Source: Dictyostelium discoideum (Eukaryota). From it: DNA of 64,000 bases. The position numbers and the translations under genes are program-made. Positions 56,338-64,000 of the stretch are shown here, piece by piece. The stretch lies in the NCBI GenBank assembly GCA_000004695.1, contig CM000154.2, positions 384,001-448,000 of the forward strand. Reading direction: 5' to 3'. The notes under the pieces were generated by a model. It was not told the origin of the DNA. It made no database searches and was given only the letters and a program-made list of their open reading frames with translations. The number at the start of each line of letters is the position of its first letter. The stretch's first letter is position 1.

Positions 56338-56985
56338 ATTTCGAACAAAATAAAATTTTCTCGACACTAAACGACCAAAATGACTTTATCCAAAAAAAAA
56401 AATAAAAATAAAAATAAAAATAAAAATAAATAAATAAAATAAAACAAATAAAAAAAAAAAATAGATTGAGGATTACAATTATATTATTTATTTATTTTGT
56501 TTAAATCTTTTAATTTTTAATTATTAAAAAAGGTAAGATATTTTTTTTTTTTTTTTTTTTAATGTTTGGATTGGAAATTAATTGGGTAAAGGAATTTAAA
56601 GAGACTTCTATTGAATATAATGAACAGTGTTCGTTTATTCTTAATTTTTTTTATAATATGTTTTTTTTTTTTTCTACCCATTTGAAGATACCATATTTCC
56701 ATTGCAAAAAATGACTAAATAAAAAAAAATTAAATAATACCCCTTTTTTATTTATTAATTATTAATTTTATAAAATACTTTTTTTTTTTTTTTTTTGGGG
56801 TAAAAGGGGGGAGGGGTATTGTATTTAATTGTGTGCTTATGGAATAAATAACCATTGTTTATTTTCAAGGGTGTTTATAATAACTATAAAAAATAAAACA
56901 AAAATAATTACAGAGATATTGTTTATTTGTTTTAACCAAAAATAAAAAAAAAAAAAAAAATAAAAAATAAAAAATAAAAAATTGT

Positions 56986-57028
<43 letters not shown>

Positions 57029-57078
57029 AAAAATTAGTTTCAATACGACTTGAACATCTGATAAAAATAATAATAATA

Positions 57079-57904
57079 ATGTTCAACAATACAAATAATA
57101 ATAATAATAATAATAATAATGCAACAGCAATACATTTAAATTGTTATAGTAATAGTATAATACAAAAAGATATACAACAAAGGGAGATAGTGATAGTGGA
57201 TACATTATTTTCATTATGTGGTGGATATATGGTAGCATCGAATAATATAGGATGTATAAATGTGTGGAAATTGGAGGAATCATTACACCCAAATTCAAAA
57301 CATCAACAACAACTACAACTACAACAGCAACAACAACAACAACAACAACAGCAATATCAATTGCGTCAACAGGCACATTTAGAAAATACACATAAAACAG
57401 TGGGAACTTCATTTTCAGAATTTTATAAACCACATTGTACATTTCGTGCACATGCTCCTTATACACCAATAAATAAAATTCATTTTTTTAATGACCAAAT
57501 ATTAGCTTCAGCTGGTGAAAACGATATAAAACTTTGGTCTTGGGAAAAAATTAAAACTATAATTGATTTGAATTTAGAGAAAATACAAAATCAACATTAT
57601 AATGATGATATAATAAAATTAGATTGGAAATCAATTTATTTAACATGCATAGAATCACCAAGAATCGAAGGTCATGGTGGCCAATTATCAGAGAAATCTG
57701 AAATTAATGGTATTGATAGTCACGGTGCTATATTATATTTCGCAAGTGGTAATAATAATGCCTACAGCTATGATTTAACAACTAGTCAAATCATTTCATG
57801 CTATAGAGGTCATACAGATTATTTACATACCATTAAATATAATTCTTCATTTTCAAATATAATAACATCTTCTGAGGATTCAACTGTTAGATTATGGGGT
57901 AAGT

Positions 57905-57978
<74 letters not shown>

Positions 57979-58587
57979 TTTTTTTTTTTTTAATATTAAT
58001 ATAATTTTAATTAAATTTAGATTCTAAAAGTGGTCAATGTGTTTCAATATTAAATCCATTTTATAAGATATCATTTGAAGCACCAAATAATAATGAAAAA
58101 CAATCACAAGACAGTGGTAGTACAATATATAATAACAGTAATAATAATAATAATAATAATAATAAAAATAGTAGTAGAAGAGGTAGTGGTGGTTATACAT
58201 CAATTTATTCAAATATAACACCATCATTAACAAATAAAACCAATAAATTTGAAAGTAATTTTAATCAATGGTGTGGTCCTTTAGATTTGGATGAAACTGG
58301 TAATTGGTTAGCTGTTGGTGGTAGTACTCTAAGTTTATGGTATTTAGGTAAATTAAATACAATGGTATCACAATTACCAGTGGATGAATCAACTTATTCA
58401 ATAGTTTTTGATAAAGAGAAAATAATAACATGTGGTTCTGCTGGTTATATAAATTATTTCGCTCTAGATGGTAGACCTTTAATGAGAGTACCCTCTTCTT
58501 CAAAAATTTTATATTCTTTATCTTTTAATCATCATAAAAGAAATCAAGTAAGTTATTATAATTTTATTTTAATTTTAGTACAATATC

Positions 58588-58657
<70 letters not shown>

Positions 58658-58796
58658 AAAACCTATATTCTAATAATTATTTTATTTTTTTATTTTTTTT
58701 TAGGTTTTGGTTGCAGGTGGTACATCTCCATTCATAAATACATTTATTAATCAAGAGAATATAGCATTTTCATATTATTTTATAAATGATGATTGA
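57079..58796 (+). CDS. WD40-repeat protein, three exons: join(57079..57898,58021..58547,58704..58796), about 479 aa.
   Basis: GTAAGT donors at 57899 and 58548. Acceptors ttaaatttAG (58019-58020) and tttttttAG (58702-58703). Intron 2 contains an A65 run (58591-58655). WD motifs GHTDYLHTIKYNSSFSNIITSSEDSTVRLWD, NDIKLWSW, GSTLSLWYL. poly-Q and poly-N inserts. Confidence 0.6.
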
Positions 58797-59152
58797 AACT
58801 TTTAATAAATGAAACATGTGTTTTATAACTATTTTTTTTTTTTATTCTATTTTTAATTTTCATTAAACCCTCTTTGATTTTTTTTTTTTTTATTTTTATT
58901 TTTCTATTTTTTTTTTATCTATCTAACCTTGGGGGTGTTTTTTTTTTTTAAAAATAGAACGACCTAAGAACATAGTTCAAAGAAATATATTTTAATTTTA
59001 TAAATTTTAAATAAATTAAAGATTAAATAAATTATATTTTTAAAAAAAGATAAAAAAAAAAAGTATAAAAAAAAAAAAAAAAAAATAATTTATTATTTAT
59101 TATTTGTATTTATTTAATAATAAATTAAAAAAAAAAAAAAAAAAGAAAAAGA

Positions 59153-60172
59153 ATGAAATTTCAAACAATATCATTATTTTTAATAATTTTATTTTATTTT
59201 ATAAACTTTTCATTTTCAACTATTGCAATTGGATCAAAGGATGAAATTACAAAAGATGATTTAATGAAAAAGGTTTATTATTCTATTCGTCCGGATAATA
59301 AAGAATGTTTAACTCCTCATTGTGGTGGTTATTTCATTAAGAAATTGAATTCAATTGAAGGTACTGAAGAATCTCAAGAAATTTATATTAGTGAAATGAT
59401 GTCAAGTAATCCATTATTAAATGCTACTATGATTGGTGAATTAAAAGAAATTCAAAAACAACAACAACAACAACAACCAATTTCAATTATGCCACAATTT
59501 TCAATTGTAGTAAGTGGTGAAATTACACCATCTCATTCAAACGATGGATTATATCATTGTTTACATATAACAGATATTCTTCGTGTAATGTCAATACCAT
59601 CAGAGGATTTTTTAATTAATAAACAACAAAAGGCAACCATTAAACCACAAGAACAATATTACTTTATTAAACCATCACCATATAAATGTAATGGAATTTT
59701 AACAGATTGTCCACATTTGGTTGTAATGAAAGCAAATACATTGGAAATTGAATTCTTACAAAGCTATAGCGAATCTTATAGCAGCTCAATTCCAATGTTA
59801 GATCAAAGTTGGTTTAATTCAAGATTAGTATCAGAGAATTCAGATGTTAGTGCAATGGTAAAAGGTTTTATTGTAGGTGAGAAATTAAAAATCTCTTATG
59901 TTTATTTAAATACCTTTGATCCACCAACAAAATGTAATCCACCAATTCCAAAACGTTGTGATAATTCAAAACCAAATCAAATTCCAGTTTTTACTCGTAC
60001 CATTGATCGTTGTGTAATTTTCACAGAATGTATTGAACGTGGACCATGTCATTTAGGTGTACCATCTTGTTCACCAGGTTATATTCCATCAATTATTCAA
60101 GTTGCTCCAAAAGGTTGTAAAAAATATTATTGTGATCCTGATTTTTTACCAATAACATCAACATTTAATTAA
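59153..60172 (+). CDS. Secreted cysteine-rich hypothetical protein (339 aa)
   Basis: Signal peptide MKFQTISLFLIILFYFINFSFS. 18 Cys including a C-terminal cluster CNPPIPKRCDNS...CVIFTECIERGPCHLGVPSCSPGY...GCKKYYC suggestive of disulfide-rich modules. Single exon. Confidence 0.5.
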   Translation: MKFQTISLFLIILFYFINFSFSTIAIGSKDEITKDDLMKKVYYSIRPDNKECLTPHCGGYFIKKLNSIEGTEESQEIYISEMMSSNPLLNATMIGELKEIQKQQQQQQPISIMPQFSIVVSGEITPSHSNDGLYHCLHITDILRVMSIPSEDFLINKQQKATIKPQEQYYFIKPSPYKCNGILTDCPHLVVMKANTLEIEFLQSYSESYSSSIPMLDQSWFNSRLVSENSDVSAMVKGFIVGEKLKISYVYLNTFDPPTKCNPPIPKRCDNSKPNQIPVFTRTIDRCVIFTECIERGPCHLGVPSCSPGYIPSIIQVAPKGCKKYYCDPDFLPITSTFN

Positions 60173-60387
60173 GATTTTTATTCTATTAAATATTTTATTT
60201 AAATAAATATAGTTTTATTTTTTTATATAATTAATTTATTCATATTTATCAAAAAAATTTTTTTTTTTTTTTTTTTTTTTTTATTATTAATTTATTTATT
60301 TATTCTATTTATAATTTTTATTTTTATTTTGATAAACAAATTAATTATCAGGTACAGGAGCACATGATTCATCTTTTGAAATTTTTT

Positions 60388-62676
60388 CTAATTAATAATA
60401 AGATAATTAACTTCAGCTGGATCACTTAAATGGTAACTATCTTTAACAGATTTTTTACCAACTGAAATATTAAAGATTTTACCATCAAATGTTGGCAATT
60501 CACTTGGATGAATATGAGTATCACCAATTAATAAAATTAAATCTAATCCTTTTGGAATTGTGTCTGTTATAACTTTTTTCATTGAGGATAATGGATTTAT
60601 ATTATATGATCTTACACCCTAAAATTTTAAAAAATTTATAATTAATTAATATTATTTTTATAAAAATAATTTTGTTTTTTTTTTTTTTAAAAAAATTAAA
60701 CTTACCAATGTTTTATCACCAACTATAACATCTAAAGGTAAATTATCTAAATGTAAATGTAATTCACGTGCTTGAATTGAACCAAATATTGGATCAGCAT
60801 TTCTATAATGCCATGTGAATAACATTTCTTTTTCTTCAAAGAAAGAACCTGGAGTACGAAGAGTGAAATATTTAAAGAGTGGACGAATAGTTTCTTTCCA
60901 ACTTAAATCCATTGATGGAACTTGTTGTTCCCATTCAGTTGATTCTGGTAATTTAAAGAAACAACCATATTCTGCTGATAAACCAATCTGAATACCCAAA
61001 AACCATTCACTAAGAGTTTTCTTATCACGACCACTCAATATGTATACGTCAGTTTTTGGATCATTTGAAAGTATATCAAAACTATTTAATAATTCTTGAG
61101 ATGGTCTACTTAATTGTGGTACATTATTATAAGGAATTAAAGTTCCATCATATGCAAATATTAATAGACGACGTTTGCTCTGTTTATAGATATCAACCAC
61201 CTTTTCAATGTCTAACTTTTGAATGGTTACCATTTTATCAGTATTGGAACTTGCTTTATTTAATTCTTTTACAAAACCCAAACCCCAATGAGAAGCAGTA
61301 TGTTTTGTAACATATTTTAGTAGCATTTGATGTTTTTCTTCACGTTCTTCAGGTGGCATTAACAAAGAATTATGAATTGAATCAGCAACCTCTTCAGTAT
61401 TCCATGGGTTAATCATAACAGCACCCGATAGTGATTGAGCGGCACCAGTGAATTCAGAGAGAATTAATACACCATTGTTTTCAGTTTGACAAACTATATA
61501 CTCTTGAGCCACTAAATTCATACCATCTCTAATTGAAGTGATCAAAGCTGCGTCAGAGATATTATATAATGCAGTCAATTCCGATGGATCAACCGATTGA
61601 AAAAGGTAATGAATTGGTGAATAACCTATTGAACCATATAAACCATTGATTCTACCGACCAATTCTTCAACTTCTTTTTTCAATTTTTGATATTCTTCAA
61701 CGTCTTGTCTGGATGGTACAGCAACTTGAATCAATACCAATTTACCCTTCCACTCTGGATACTTTTGAAAAAGTCTTTCAATAGCTTGCAATTTCTGTGG
61801 TATACCTTTGATATAATCCAAACGATCGATTCCAATCAATACTTTTGTACCCTCAAATGATTCTTTTAACTCTTTGATTCTATTTTGAACTTGAGTAGTC
61901 TTTAACGATTCAAAGAATTTATCCGGATCAATACCAACTGGGAATACACCAACTTGAACGAAACGATCCTTAAAGTAAACTCCATTGGGTGCCGTTTCAA
62001 GACCAACTATACGGGTACATGATTTCAAAAAATGACGAGCATAATCGTATGTATGGAAACCGATTAAACAACAGTTCAATATACCCAATAGTATCTCTTT
62101 ACGACATGGCAATACACGAAAGATCTCTGATGATGGAAATGGAATGTGTAGAAAGAACCCAATTCTTGCATCTGGTTTCTTTTGTTTTAATATCTCTGGT
62201 AATAACATCATATGATAATCGTGTACCCATACTAAATCATTTGGCTTCAATATCTCTGCAACTACACTTGAGAATTGTTCATTTGCTTCCACATAGGAAT
62301 TCCAAATTCTATCATCATAATCGAGATCTCCTGGTAAATAATGAAATAATGGCCAAAGTACTCCATTTGAGAATCCATTGTAATGTTCATTGGCAACCTT
62401 TTCCGAGAGGAATACTGGTATACAACTATAATCTTTCCAAAGTAATTCTTTAATCTCTTTTCGATCATCTTCTTCAATCTCTGCTCCAATCCATCCTACC
62501 CATATAAAATTTGATTTTAACCCTGATAATGCTGCTACCAAACCTCCACTACTCATCTTACAACTCCATTTACCATTTGATTCCTTTTTAATTGATACTG
62601 GTAATCTATTTGAAACAACAATTAATCTACCTGAAAATCCTGTTTCATTCTCTAAATTATTATCATTTTCATTCAT
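60388..62676 (-). CDS. Bifunctional trehalose-6-phosphate synthase / phosphatase (GT20 TPS domain plus HAD-type TPP domain), two exons: complement(join(60388..60618,60706..62676)), 733 aa.
   Basis: N-terminal RLIVVSNRLPV...GGLVAALSGL...IWVGWIG.... UDP-Glc-binding region ...VLILSEFTGAAQSL.... HAD motif LLIFAYDGTLIP. GTAAGT donor (RC at 60700-60705). 87-bp intron. Acceptor aaattttAG (exon 2 starts at 60618) continues GVRSYNINPLSSMKKVITDTIPKGLDLILLIGDTHI..., the conserved TPP C-terminal segment. Confidence 0.85.
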
Positions 62677-62939
62677 TCTTTTTATTATTAAAAAAAATTA
62701 AAATTAAAAAAAAAATAATTAGTAAAAAAAAAAAAAAAATAAAAATAAAAAAAAAAAGTATTCCAATTATTAATTAATAATACTTTTTTTATTATAAAAA
62801 GAAAATAGAAAATAAAAAATTTTAATTTCTATTATTATAAATTTATTTATATTTATTAAAAAAAAAAAAAAAAAATTAAAAATGAAAAAATTAATTTATT
62901 GTATGATAAAAAAAGGGTTGTGTAATTTTATTAAATTAA

Positions 62940-62973
<34 letters not shown>

Positions 62974-63614
62974 TGTGCCAAATTAATGATAATGCAAAAT
63001 TATTTGAAATTATGATGGACATCTTACAACTTCTTTTGTTTTTTTTTATTTTTTATATTTTTTTTTTATTTTTTTTTTTATTTTTTTTTTATTTTTCTTA
63101 CCACTCCCATTTTAATGAGATATTTAATCAGTTCCTTGATTTGGCATTAAATTTATTACCCCTTTAAATTTATTTTTTAAATAATAATAAAAATAACAAT
63201 AAAAAAAAAAAAAAAAAACATTCCGCATTTAATTTCATTTTTTTTTTTTTTTTTTTTTTTTTTCTAATCTCAATCCAAAAAATTAAAAAAAAATAAAAGA
63301 AATAAAAAAAACATATAAATTAACTATACAAATAAATATATTTTCAATTATTGAAAAATTACCTGTCGCAATGATGCAAAAAAGCATATTTATTTTTGTT
63401 TAATTTATTTTATTATTTTTTTTTTTTATATTTAATGATTGCATGGTTTTTAAATGAATTTTTTAGATTTCTGATAAAAATAAAAAATAAATTTAAATTG
63501 AAAAGAAATAAAAAAAAAAAAATAAAAAAAAAAAAAATAAAAAAAAGTGTTAAATCACCACAGTTAACTATTGTGTGTAAAATTAAAAAAATATATTAAA
63601 AAAATAAATAAAAT

Positions 63615-63649
<35 letters not shown>

Positions 63650-63832
63650 TGGTTAGAATAATGTTTTTTTTTTTTGGTATTTATTTTATTAATTTTTTAA
63701 TTTCACAAACATCAACCATCCATCTGTACTAATAAATAATAATAAATAAAAAAAAATAAATAAAAAAAATAAAAAAATATTTATTTAAAAATAAAAAAAA
63801 AAATATAAAAAAAATAAAAAATATTTATTAAA

Positions 63833-64000
63833 ATGAAATTAAAATTTATTTTTTTAATTTTATTTTTTATAATTGGTAATTCAATTGGAATTAAAATTTC
63901 AAAAGAAATAAATAAAATTAAATTAAATGATATTTCAATAGATGGTGAAATTTTATTAAATAAATCGAGTGATTCAAGTAGTAGCCAATCATCAAAAATC
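63833..64000 (+). CDS. 5' end of a gene for a secreted protein (signal peptide), running off the window
   Basis: ATG at 63833. MKLKFIFLILFFIIGNSIGIKISKEINKIKLNDISIDGEILLNKSSDSSSSQSSKI.... Open frame to the window end. Confidence 0.35.
   Translation, partial: MKLKFIFLILFFIIGNSIGIKISKEINKIKLNDISIDGEILLNKSSDSSSSQSSKI

Overview
This window is eukaryotic: extremely AT-rich nuclear DNA of a dictyostelid social amoeba (Dictyostelium discoideum-like). The evidence is coding (AAT/CAA)n tracts that give poly-Asn/Gln proteins, short introns of roughly 70-250 bp with GTAAGT/GTATGT/GTAAAT donors and (T)n-AG acceptors, tiny first exons, and tRNA genes followed by external B-boxes. Prokaryotic feature classes (CRISPR, operons, rho-independent terminators) do not apply.

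I reconstructed about 30 protein-coding genes by joining exons across the supplied ORF track, on both strands:
- a 5'-partial talin B C-terminus (I/LWEQ plus villin headpiece)
- an FNIP-repeat protein and a short paralogous fragment
- Nop14
- CutC
- an F-box/WD40 protein joined across an intron
- BAP31
- a 4-exon multi-pass membrane protein
- a secreted beta/gamma-crystallin-like protein
- an EndoG-like nuclease
- a Rab7-like GTPase
- cysteine dioxygenase
- a cytosolic GH38 alpha-mannosidase (3 exons)
- PNO1/Dim2 (4 exons)
- a stomatin-like SPFH protein
- an Old-Yellow-Enzyme flavin oxidoreductase (4 exons, including an in-frame 75-bp intron that the ORF track reads through)
- UBIAD1/MenA prenyltransferase
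- a TPS/TPP trehalose-6-phosphate synthase
- two WD40 proteins
- several N-rich or secreted hypothetical proteins

RNA genes are tRNA-Gly(GCC) and tRNA-Leu(AAG), both on the minus strand, each followed by an ex-B box.

Most worth a second look:
1. A methylmalonyl-CoA mutase gene is represented only by its C-terminal B12-binding exon with an intact acceptor. No N-terminal coding lies within more than 5 kb.
2. A non-AT-rich retroelement-like fragment with a Cys/His ORF tail and oligo(A) sits about 45 bp upstream of tRNA-Gly, and a direct-repeat-flanked insert sits upstream of tRNA-Leu.
3. A roughly 180-bp MITE-like nested inverted-repeat element lies at 41.1 kb.
4. Six or more reading-frame breaks coincide exactly with homopolymer runs. 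Together with stuttered low-complexity stretches and a 100-N gap, this points to a draft consensus with indel errors rather than real pseudogenes.
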